Shown in pieces: positions 8,095-16,600 of a stretch of 64,000 bases of DNA (the first letter of the stretch is position 1; every line of letters begins with the position of its first letter). The stretch covers positions 7,583-71,582 of the forward strand of contig JAYQSB010000007.1 in the NCBI GenBank assembly GCA_038146705.1. Direction: 5' to 3'. Origin of the DNA: Candidatus Poseidoniales archaeon. Lineage in GTDB: Archaea > Thermoplasmatota > Poseidoniia > Poseidoniales > Poseidoniaceae. Made by a program: the position numbers and the translations under genes. Below the pieces are notes generated by a model. It ran no database searches, was not told the DNA's origin, and was given only the letters and a program-made list of their open reading frames with translations.

Positions 8095-9188
8095 ACAGAT
8101 TGAAGGAATTTTTTCAACGAATCAATGGGCACAATGACCGACGGGTCCTTTCCATGAAGAAGCGAGAGTGCAATGCTCAACCAATCCATAACAATGCAAT
8201 GATACAGCAATGCTTCGAATAAAGACTCGCCTTCGCCTTGAATTTTCCAAGCGAATTCAGTTGGGCTATGAGCGATAAACCAATCCAATCGCTGTTGGAC
8301 GCGATGGTGCATATTCTGCCAGGTGAGAATAAGGATGACATGCGAATCGCTCGATGGGTCACCGTGCTCTCCAACACCACCCCATGCCACAATTTCGTTA
8401 TGGTTCATCTCTGGAACCAATCCTATTCGAGCAAATCTTGCACTATTTTCATTCAATTGATTTTTGAAACGAAGAACTGATGGCTCACATTCAGTTGGGC
8501 CTAAGATGGAAATTGGTCTTGTTGTCATTGCTGCAGCTAACTGTGCTACATCACCTTCCGGGTCGAGCGTAAAGTCGAAGTTTTGGGAAACTTGTTGCAA
8601 GCGTTTGAAAGTTTCATCGAGAAGTTCGTCGCTTTCTCTTTCGAGAACACCAACTCGCTGTAAAAACGCATACTGGCGACTGAAAATATGGCCAAAAGCG
8701 GTTCGTGGTGGTTGACCACCGACGGTAGGAATTAGATGGCAATTTGGATACACTTCTGCGAAACCTGCCAACTCACCGCCGGTTGCAATGACCACGACAG
8801 TCCCCCCTTGTTGTAGGATTTGTTCTGTTGCGACAACAATCTCTTCTGTGGTTCCACTATGGCTTGTGGAAAGCACCAGTGTGTTTTCATTCAACCACGA
8901 TGGTATTGTGTAATCTCTGTGAACCTTGATTGGAATTGAGCCTTGATGGTCAGCAAGTGCTGATAAAAAATCTCCTCCGCTTGCTGAACCACCCATGCCC
9001 AAACATAGCACTGAGGTCCATTTTCTGTGTTTCAACTCATCAATCCATTCAGCATGTAATCGACGAATGAATTCAAAACCGTTTCTCAAATCGTTAACAA
9101 AATTTTGCGTATGTCCAATGATGCCTTGATTGTCGAACTTTAATGCAAGGTCGACAAGAGTGCTGGGATGTTGATCTTCTGAGTTCAT
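8088..9188 (-). CDS. Bifunctional phosphoglucose/phosphomannose isomerase (SIS domains)
   Basis: 366 aa. SIS motif CLGMGGSASGGDF and a second SIS-like half (STSHSGTTEE). Size and layout match archaeal PGI/PMI. Confidence 0.7.
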   Translation of the reverse strand: MNSEDQHPSTLVDLALKFDNQGIIGHTQNFVNDLRNGFEFIRRLHAEWIDELKHRKWTSVLCLGMGGSASGGDFLSALADHQGSIPIKVHRDYTIPSWLNENTLVLSTSHSGTTEEIVVATEQILQQGGTVVVIATGGELAGFAEVYPNCHLIPTVGGQPPRTAFGHIFSRQYAFLQRVGVLERESDELLDETFKRLQQVSQNFDFTLDPEGDVAQLAAAMTTRPISILGPTECEPSVLRFKNQLNENSARFARIGLVPEMNHNEIVAWGGVGEHGDPSSDSHVILILTWQNMHHRVQQRLDWFIAHSPTEFAWKIQGEGESLFEALLYHCIVMDWLSIALSLLHGKDPSVIVPIDSLKKFLQSVQ

Positions 9189-9203
9189 GCTTCATCCTCC
9201 TTG

Positions 9204-10295
9204 TCACTCGCTTCCATATTTTATCTTTTCATCAATTCCAAGTCGAGGGAGAGCAATCCATTCGCCCTCTATTTTACACAACAGAATCTTCGATTGTTGT
9301 TCGTGAGTGTATGGTAGGCGAACCGAGCTCATCTTCCAATTTGTAGGGTCAAGAAATTCTCCAACAGAATCATCTTCTGTGAGAAGTTCGACTTCGAGAA
9401 TGTCCTTTCTCCTCGCAGCAACATTCGCTGACTCAAGGTCACGCCATGTGACACCAGTCTTCTCGTGATGAGTGACACGTTGAATAATCGCCCCATCCTT
9501 TGACCACGATGTTGGCCTCCACAATGCGTTTCGAAACGAAATGACATCGCCAAGGTCGTAGCCTGGTTTTCGATACAAGAGTGTTAAACGAGTGACGTCA
9601 ACGCCATCTTTCTTACCAACGACCGAATTCGTTTCAATAACATGTCCACCAAATTCGGATATAAGGTGCCGCCCCCAAGAGCGTGCAAGTCCCTTGCTGC
9701 CTAAGATGACATCATATCCACCTTGTACTGGTCCTTCTTTGGTGATGAAAAACATCGGGTCGTCTGCCATTGCATCAAGGACGTCATCGAATGTTTCGCG
9801 AAGTGCTCTAAATTCTTCTTCGTCCAACTTTCTTGCTGAACTCCTTAACTGCACTGTAGCCTCGAAATAATTTCCCGCTTTACGAGTGCAAGTAATACAA
9901 ACACCGTTTGCCATTCTCGCTCGCATCGTGTATTCTTCCTGGTAAAGCAATGAATCAATGATGCCTTCGACATGAATGTGCAATAGCGTGTGCCTATCGC
10001 TGACGGGTTCCACTTCCATTGCAACACTGGTCTGTTCTGCAAGATGATGAACTTGCACATGGCGTTGGAGCAACTCATCCCATAATTGATCATAGGTGAG
10101 GTCTGTCCATTTTCCTTCAAGTTCAACAATTCCACAACGGGCACATCGTACCCAGGGAACGTTGGTCGGAACGATAGCGAGTTTCGTTCGTTTCCTACAG
10201 CATTCTTCGCACAATCTGTCTGTGAACAATGGTGGTTCTCTGCCACAAACGAGACAAAAGTCGCCACCGAGGATGCTTGACATTTCGAACCCCAT
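9204..10295 (-). CDS. nmd3: NMD3 family protein (large ribosomal subunit biogenesis/export adaptor homologue)
   Basis: N-terminal four-CxxC zinc cluster: FCLVCG...LCEECC...VRCARCG. Length is typical of archaeal NMD3. The ORF extends to 10355, but the ATGs at 10295/10283 lie just before the first CxxC and avoid overlapping the ccmD-like ORF. Confidence 0.75.
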   Translation of the reverse strand: MGFEMSSILGGDFCLVCGREPPLFTDRLCEECCRKRTKLAIVPTNVPWVRCARCGIVELEGKWTDLTYDQLWDELLQRHVQVHHLAEQTSVAMEVEPVSDRHTLLHIHVEGIIDSLLYQEEYTMRARMANGVCITCTRKAGNYFEATVQLRSSARKLDEEEFRALRETFDDVLDAMADDPMFFITKEGPVQGGYDVILGSKGLARSWGRHLISEFGGHVIETNSVVGKKDGVDVTRLTLLYRKPGYDLGDVISFRNALWRPTSWSKDGAIIQRVTHHEKTGVTWRDLESANVAARRKDILEVELLTEDDSVGEFLDPTNWKMSSVRLPYTHEQQSKILLCKIEGEWIALPRLGIDEKIKYGSE

Positions 10296-10332
10296 TGTTA
10301 TGGAAAAGCCACTTTGTTTTGAAGGTATAGCC

Positions 10333-10512
10333 TTATTCTTCGTTTTCTGAATCATCTTTCAATGCAGTCATATTGTCCATGACTTCCTGCATCGATTCTA
10401 ATTGTAATTTTAATCGATTGTGTCGGGTAGCAACGATATAGGTCCACAATCCCAAAGCAAAGAGCATGCCTAAATATGCGATTGCAAGATACGTTATACT
10501 TTCCATTTTCAT
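10333..10512 (-). CDS. ccmD: CcmD-like small heme-exporter subunit (59 aa, single TM); missing from the ORF track
   Basis: My translation: MKMESITYLAIAYLGMLFALGLWTYIVATRHNRLKLQLESMQEVMDNMTALKDDSENEE*. It has one TM helix followed by a charged tail. Its ATG overlaps the ccmC stop as ATGA (10509-10512). This is the position expected for ccmD after ccmC. Confidence 0.55.
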   Translation of the reverse strand: MKMESITYLAIAYLGMLFALGLWTYIVATRHNRLKLQLESMQEVMDNMTALKDDSENEE

Positions 10513-11204
10513 CCATCCAATTGTGATTGCATCAATGCAAGTTGTTGTTCTAAACGACTTGTTTGAAGAGAAAGAAGAACTTGGCCAACGATGGCAACTG
10601 AAAATGAGATTGCACCGATGAGTAATACTGTCCCCATGTCTGAATCAAGTGAACTCCCTTCGCCCGTTGCAACCACAGGGCCAGGATGACGAATAGTCCA
10701 CAATCTTGTTGCAACATAGGTGACTGGTACGAGCACAAAACCATAGAGTCCGAAGGTGGAAAATGTGTCGCGTGTTTCGACACTGTCTGGCTGACTTTGC
10801 CGACCGAGGACTAAGTAAATGGCGAGGAATGTGAGCAGTCCAAATGTGTTGAGGCGGGGGTCAGCCCAATCCCATGGAACACCCCATTCTGCAGCACCCC
10901 AAATACAACCTGACCAGACGGTCATCAAGCCTGTAACCAACCCGGCTTCTGCCCCGGCGATGTGAAGTTTCCACCCAAATTCAGAACGTCGAAAAATCCA
11001 CATTGCTGAACCGGCAAAGAGGAAGGCAAAAGCGAGAAAAGCAGCCCATGCTGCGGGTACATGCCAATAGAAAATGCGTTGAGCACTCGGAGACTCAAAA
11101 GCGTCAATGGATACTTGAGGAGCCCAGAGCAAACCTAAGCCTAGTGTTGCCGCCATTCCGGTATAACCAACTGCCAAAACCAGAGGTGCTTTGTCAGTCA
11201 GCAT
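10509..11204 (-). CDS. ccmC: Heme lyase/exporter subunit CcmC (cytochrome c maturation System I)
   Basis: Trp-rich WWD motif WGVPWDWADPRLN. Conserved His contexts FYWHVPAAW and LWTIRHPG. About 6 TM helices. The ATG at 11204 sits within ORF 10509..11210, which itself starts at TTG. Confidence 0.85.
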   Translation of the reverse strand: MLTDKAPLVLAVGYTGMAATLGLGLLWAPQVSIDAFESPSAQRIFYWHVPAAWAAFLAFAFLFAGSAMWIFRRSEFGWKLHIAGAEAGLVTGLMTVWSGCIWGAAEWGVPWDWADPRLNTFGLLTFLAIYLVLGRQSQPDSVETRDTFSTFGLYGFVLVPVTYVATRLWTIRHPGPVVATGEGSSLDSDMGTVLLIGAISFSVAIVGQVLLSLQTSRLEQQLALMQSQLDG

Positions 11205-11240
11205 ACACAAAGGAAGGAACTCCCCTTCTTGAAGGTGGTG

Positions 11241-12467
11241 TCATGCTGCCAAAACATCCAGCAGAAGAGCGAATGGTAAAATCAGAATTGGCGTAAGGAG
11301 TCCGATAAATACTGCGTGAGGTCGTGCGAGTTGTTCAACTTGAAGTTGGATCAATCGCATGATGTGGGCTAGACAGCCTGCCAACATTGTTCCTGAAAGA
11401 ACCAATTCAACAGATAATGAATCAATTCCGGCTAGTATTGAAGTCGAAAGAATAGTCATGATACACCCTAATGCAAAAGGCAGCCATGATGAATGCGGTG
11501 TTGTGTTTGCTGTTGCTCTCCACCACGATAGGCTTCGTTCTTCTCGCAACATGACCACAAGGCCGTCACCACATAGGCCAATGGCAAGTGCAGGAGCGAG
11601 CATGAATCCCAGATGTTCTATTGAACTTGAACCAATGGGAAGAGGCAAGATGGCCATGAACACCCCCAATGTCATGAATGCAGCCAACCCATTATGGCTT
11701 AACCATCGCATCGTTCGTAATTGTTGACGGAGACCAAATGTAGATGCATTGAGCCTGTTCTTTGTCTCACTTCGAGGAAAGTCATCAATCTGCTTGAATG
11801 ATGATGGTTCATGGAGTTCGACTTTACTGGTATCCATCGAGTAAACTTGAGTTCCAATTTTTGTGAACACACCTTGGTGAGAACTGATGACAATGCCGTG
11901 ACCGGCATTTCTCAAATGTGCAATCCATTTTACCAACATTCCAAGCGTTTGTTCATCCAGTCCGGCATCCGGCTCATCAAGGGCGACAAGTGTGGGCTCG
12001 TCCGAAGCGAATGCTGGAAGGAGTGCAGCGAGCACGGCAACTTTGCGTTGCTGGCCTGCAGATAATGTTGCCACAAGATCGTGCTTGCGATGCAACAATG
12101 AAAACGCTTCTAAAAACGGCGATGCATCTATTCTTTTCCCATACATCATTGTAGCATACTCAAGATGTTCGGCAACTGTTTCCGACCCCATCATGCCGTT
12201 GGTTTGTAGGGCGACACCGAGATTGAGCATACTTTTTTTACGACGGCCGTCGGAGTCAAGGACGAGCGATTCATTATGCTCGAGTTTACCTTTTTCAAGC
12301 GGCACAAGGCCAAGAAGTGTTTCAATCAACGTCGATTTTCCTGAGCCGTTCGTTCCGATGAGTATTCGGACTTCGCCTTCCCTGATTTCAAAATCCATAT
12401 TGTCGAACACGGTGTGCATGCCACGTCGTACACTGGCCTGCTTAAGCTTGACCAGCACACGAGCCAT
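11241..12467 (-). CDS. ccmA: Fused CcmA (ABC ATPase) - CcmB-like (membrane) heme exporter protein
   Basis: Walker A GTNGSGKST, ABC signature LSAGQQRK, Walker B LVALDEPDAGLD. A ~170-aa hydrophobic C-terminal half with several helices follows, in the position where ccmB normally lies, immediately upstream of ccmC. Confidence 0.7.
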   Translation of the reverse strand: MARVLVKLKQASVRRGMHTVFDNMDFEIREGEVRILIGTNGSGKSTLIETLLGLVPLEKGKLEHNESLVLDSDGRRKKSMLNLGVALQTNGMMGSETVAEHLEYATMMYGKRIDASPFLEAFSLLHRKHDLVATLSAGQQRKVAVLAALLPAFASDEPTLVALDEPDAGLDEQTLGMLVKWIAHLRNAGHGIVISSHQGVFTKIGTQVYSMDTSKVELHEPSSFKQIDDFPRSETKNRLNASTFGLRQQLRTMRWLSHNGLAAFMTLGVFMAILPLPIGSSSIEHLGFMLAPALAIGLCGDGLVVMLREERSLSWWRATANTTPHSSWLPFALGCIMTILSTSILAGIDSLSVELVLSGTMLAGCLAHIMRLIQLQVEQLARPHAVFIGLLTPILILPFALLLDVLAA

Positions 12468-12553
12468 GCGTGAGCGAAGAGGTTCTGATAAGTCAAATCT
12501 CCTACTGTTCCCATAGCGTCAAACCAATAGGCAACCACTTCATCGTTAGGAAT

Positions 12554-13603
12554 ATGGGCTACCATATGTTGACGTTTGGTGCAGCAGAATGGTTTGTTTT
12601 TAGCCTGTGGATTCTCGGTATTTCCACACCTATCTTGTACGCATTGAGGCATCAAACATCGCTTGCTTTGTCCTTAACATTGAGCGTTCTGCTCGGTTCA
12701 ATCGTTCAAGTTATTTGGTTTATTTTGTTTCAATATGGACTAATGACGACTTGGTTATGGTACGATTTTGTTCTCGTTCCCGGTCGAACAGGTGAGGCTA
12801 TGTGGTGGCACACGCTCTTCACCTCAGGTTTCCTTCATAGTCAAGATGTCATGCATGTGCTTGGAAATACGATTATCCTTGCACTCGTCGGCATTCCTCT
12901 CGAGCAACGATTAGGAATGAGGAGGTATGCAGCCGTCTATGCTGCGGGGCTTTTCTTTGGTTCACTTGCTTGGGTACTCATGAATTCGGACTCATATCGA
13001 CCTGCCCTCGGTGCTTCAGGAGCAGCTTTTGGCTTACTTGGAGCATACCTTGCCGGTTGGCCAAAAGATGAGATACCTTTCCCGTTCATTCTGATTCGGA
13101 AGTGGCCGGTTACATTGATTGCCCTTGTGTATTTTGGTCTTGAAATCTTACGAGCATACTCGACATATGGTCTTCAGGAAACGAGCGATGTCGCCCATAT
13201 GGCTCATCTTGGCGGGTTTATTGGGGCATATATCTGCCTACCACTCATTGCAAAAGGAGGTCCAGTTCCTCTCGGAATTGAGGATGGAGGCCCATCCCTC
13301 ATCAACTCGATGCAAAGCAAAAATAAGGCAATTCGGGCAAAAATGGTCGATTTGTTATCGATTGATGACCCGTGGACTGCAGAAGGTCAAGCGATACCGA
13401 AAAATCTACGAGAGCCGTTCAAGAAATTAAGGCAAGAAGGCGATGAGGTCGAAACGAGGCTCGCATGGATGGAGCAGATAGCAGTTCTCGGCCAATGCCC
13501 TCGATGCTCAAATGAACTTATCATGAACGAATATGTTGATGGCCCTCGAATCAATTGTACACAGAACAAAAGCCATCTTGATTGGCCACAAAATCCAACC
13601 TGA
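12554..13603 (+). CDS. Rhomboid family intramembrane serine protease with C-terminal cytoplasmic zinc-binding tail
   Basis: Catalytic GASGAAFGLLGAY (GxSG) and HMAHLGGFIGAY (His). Six-plus TM helices, with FLHSQDVMHVLGN as the HxxxN-like motif. The C-terminal tail carries CPRC-x16-C-x5-H. The ORF opens at GTG 12470; the ATG at 12554 is preceded by AGGA. Confidence 0.85.
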   Translation: MGYHMLTFGAAEWFVFSLWILGISTPILYALRHQTSLALSLTLSVLLGSIVQVIWFILFQYGLMTTWLWYDFVLVPGRTGEAMWWHTLFTSGFLHSQDVMHVLGNTIILALVGIPLEQRLGMRRYAAVYAAGLFFGSLAWVLMNSDSYRPALGASGAAFGLLGAYLAGWPKDEIPFPFILIRKWPVTLIALVYFGLEILRAYSTYGLQETSDVAHMAHLGGFIGAYICLPLIAKGGPVPLGIEDGGPSLINSMQSKNKAIRAKMVDLLSIDDPWTAEGQAIPKNLREPFKKLRQEGDEVETRLAWMEQIAVLGQCPRCSNELIMNEYVDGPRINCTQNKSHLDWPQNPT

Positions 13604-13620
13604 TTTTTCGTGATTTTTCG
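13601..13620 (+). terminator. Tandem 10-mer TGATTTTTCG x2 giving two T5 tracts right at and after the rhomboid stop (possible oligo-T archaeal terminator)
   Basis: An exact tandem duplication is seen at 13601-13610 and 13611-20, and the first TGA is the rhomboid stop codon. Oligo-T tracts are known archaeal termination signals. Confidence 0.3.
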
Positions 13621-13679
13621 ACCAAAATAAAGATAGAATCAAAGAGGTAAACCGAGACATAGAGGCAGGAGGGGTGAGA

Positions 13680-16600
13680 ATGTATCGTCGAAATTCGCGA
13701 ATAATGCTTCTCATACTCATCTCTGGATTGATGGTATCTTCAACGACTATTGCTCCAATCTTAGCACAGCCAACACCGGCTGAAACAATGCAAAAAGACC
13801 GCACTGCTCCAATTCTCATCGAGGGATTGCCGCCGTTGATGTGTGGCCAAGATATATGCCCCTTTGAGTCTAGAATCATCGAACGACATGATTTGCCAGC
13901 ATCAGAAGACTACCTTTGGTGGTTGTCATATGGTCCTGACCTTGATTGGAATGGGATGGATGACCGTCTCCAACGCGTCATGGCAGGAGCCGACTCAATT
14001 TCTCCGACCGCTATCGTTGGCCCTGATGGAAGAAAAACGGTCGCTATCGTTGTTGATTTTGCATGGCACCCAACCCAAGATGACCACAATGCGTTGCGAG
14101 ATGTTTTGCAGCAACATGGGTGGGTAGGTGAAGAAGGTGGAGCTTGGTATCAAGCCCTTGATTCGTTGGATTCAATTGTCGTTGACAAGGTTCCTGTTTC
14201 GGCTCTTATGGACATTTATTTCCTCGATGGTGTTGTTGTTGTTGAAATGCAAAATGTCATGATACCATCCAATGATATCGCTACTCGTGCACTACGAATG
14301 CGGTCATCAGAAGTGTACACCGCAACAGCGTATGAGCGAGGATACAGTGGAGAGGGTGTCGTTATCGCAGTCCTCGACACAGGTGTGGATAACGAACATC
14401 GTTCACTCAACGACTTTGATGATAAAAATGACGCACCCGACGAAGACCCAACCTCTTACGATGACCAAAAATGGGTTGCGGGATACGATGCCACCTCAGC
14501 AGCATCGAATGCAGATGGAAGTCAAGATCCAGACGATGGACAAGGGCACGGAACGCATGTAGCAGGTAGTGCCCTTGGTACAGGTGGAAGCGATAGGGTC
14601 CACATGGGTACAGCTCCAGGAGCATATCTTGTTGACATCAAAGTACTCACAGATTCTGGCGGAACCAATTCTCAAGCATCCCTCAACGGTATTCAATGGA
14701 TGATCAACAACCGAAACACGGATTGGGGTAACAATGCTTCGAGTCGAGGAATCGATGTCGCCTCAATGTCGTTTGGTTCAGTATCCTCTCCACTCAACCC
14801 AGATGATGAAGGCGATAATGGTACAGGAGCAGAAGCGAGGCTTGTGAACAACGCAACATCGGCAGGTATTGTTTGTGTTGTAGCCATGGGGAATGATGGC
14901 TCTCAGCGTGTTCCTTCACCCGCAAGTGCGGACGGTGCAATATCTGTCGCAGCAGCGAACGATAGAAACAATGTCAACAGAACAAACGATGTCATCGCTT
15001 CATACTCAAACTCAGGGCCACGTCTCTCAGATAATGATGATGATGATTGGGATGAGCTCAAGCCCGATGTCACATCTTATGGTACAGCGATTATTTCGGC
15101 ATCTGCAGCCACCGGACCTTCTCTACCTGGTCAGTTTAAGACACTTGCAGAAAATGAGTATGAATCCCTTGATGGAACGAGCATGGCGACACCTCTTGTA
15201 TCAGGGGTTGTAGCCATTATGCTCCAAGCAGATGATTCTTTAACTCCTGAGCAGATTAAAGACATTCTACGGAATTCTTCAGAACAAAAGGGAAGTGCAA
15301 GCGAACCATCTGTTTCAAATCGATGGAATGCCAACTGGGGCTTTGGCCTCGTCGATGCGTCGTGTGCTCTCGATAAAGTGTTGAAGCGTGTTTGTACCTC
15401 TTTGGACGATTCAGGGGTTGTCATCGACCCGCCCCCCGGCGGCGGTGTTGGTGACCATGTTGATGTCGACGAGCCCGAAAATCAAAGTTATCACCTTGCT
15501 GGCCAATACCTAAGAGTTTCAGGGACGACAGACATTCCATCGGATGTTGATTATGTTCAGGTTCAAGTCTTGCTCGAACAAGTGAACCAAGATGGAGATA
15601 AAACCGAGTTATTACCATGGACTGCAGCGACCGGGTCTGTTGAAAATTGGTATCTCGATATTCTTGTTCAAGATGATTGGGCAGACCCAGATGCAGATTA
15701 CAATGTGGTCTATGCACGTGCGGTAACCGATGAGGGTGATGCCTCTTCAATCGCTTACAAGATTGTTCAATTTGGAAAAATGGACATCACCTTTTCATCA
15801 CCTGTAGCAGATTCAACGATTTCGGGTTCCATTGAAGTGTCTGGTACTGTTGAAGGTACAGACCATAACCGCATCGAATACAAAGTCGATGGTGGCGATT
15901 GGATTCTTGGTACCAACCTTGAGTCGATGGAAGAAGGCATTCAATCATGGTCATTTGTTTGGAATTCACAAGAGGTTGAGGACGGGATTCACAAATTGAG
16001 TGTTCGAATGGTCAATGATTCTGAAATCAAAACAGATGTCGAGCGTCGTTCTTTTACAGTGGATAATTTCCCAGCAACACCTGATTTTGAGATATTTGGC
16101 GTTCCTGAAATTCATGAACAAGGTCTGCCCGTCTACGATGCCATCGCAGGGACCCTCCTCGAGGTCAAAGTGGCCATTCGTAACATTGGCGATGATGATG
16201 GTGAAGATGTCTATATCGTGTTGAATGCACCTGGTACCAACTCCACCTCGTATCCCTCTGACAAGATCCTCGATTTGATTGAAGAAGGTGCTACGACCAC
16301 ATTCACACTTTATTGGTGGGCTACAGAACCTGGTGAGCACACAGTTGAGATCGAAATCGACCCAAACAATCGATTTAGTGAACCCAATGAGGAAAACAAT
16401 GTCTATTCGTTCACATTCGTTGTTAACGAACGACCAGTACAACCAGTTCTACGATTCCAGTCTGGAGCTGTGAGTACTTCTCCAGTCATTCCTACACCCA
16501 ACACTGAGTTTAAAATCAATATTCGAGTTGATAATTACGGTCAAAATGATGCAACGAATTTGCAATTAGCACTCGACAAAAAAGTCGAAGGCGTTGGATG

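Noticed and set aside
11992-12516. 174-aa plus-strand ORF antisense to ccmA
   Set aside because: It lies opposite the ABC ATPase motifs, which are unambiguous on the minus strand. Its S/R/P-rich translation marks it as a shadow ORF.
13601-13620. Exact tandem 10-mer TGATTTTTCG x2 considered as a repeat element or mini-array
   Set aside because: There are only two copies, no spacers and no further copies seen elsewhere. The simpler reading is a stop codon plus oligo-T termination tracts, or slippage.
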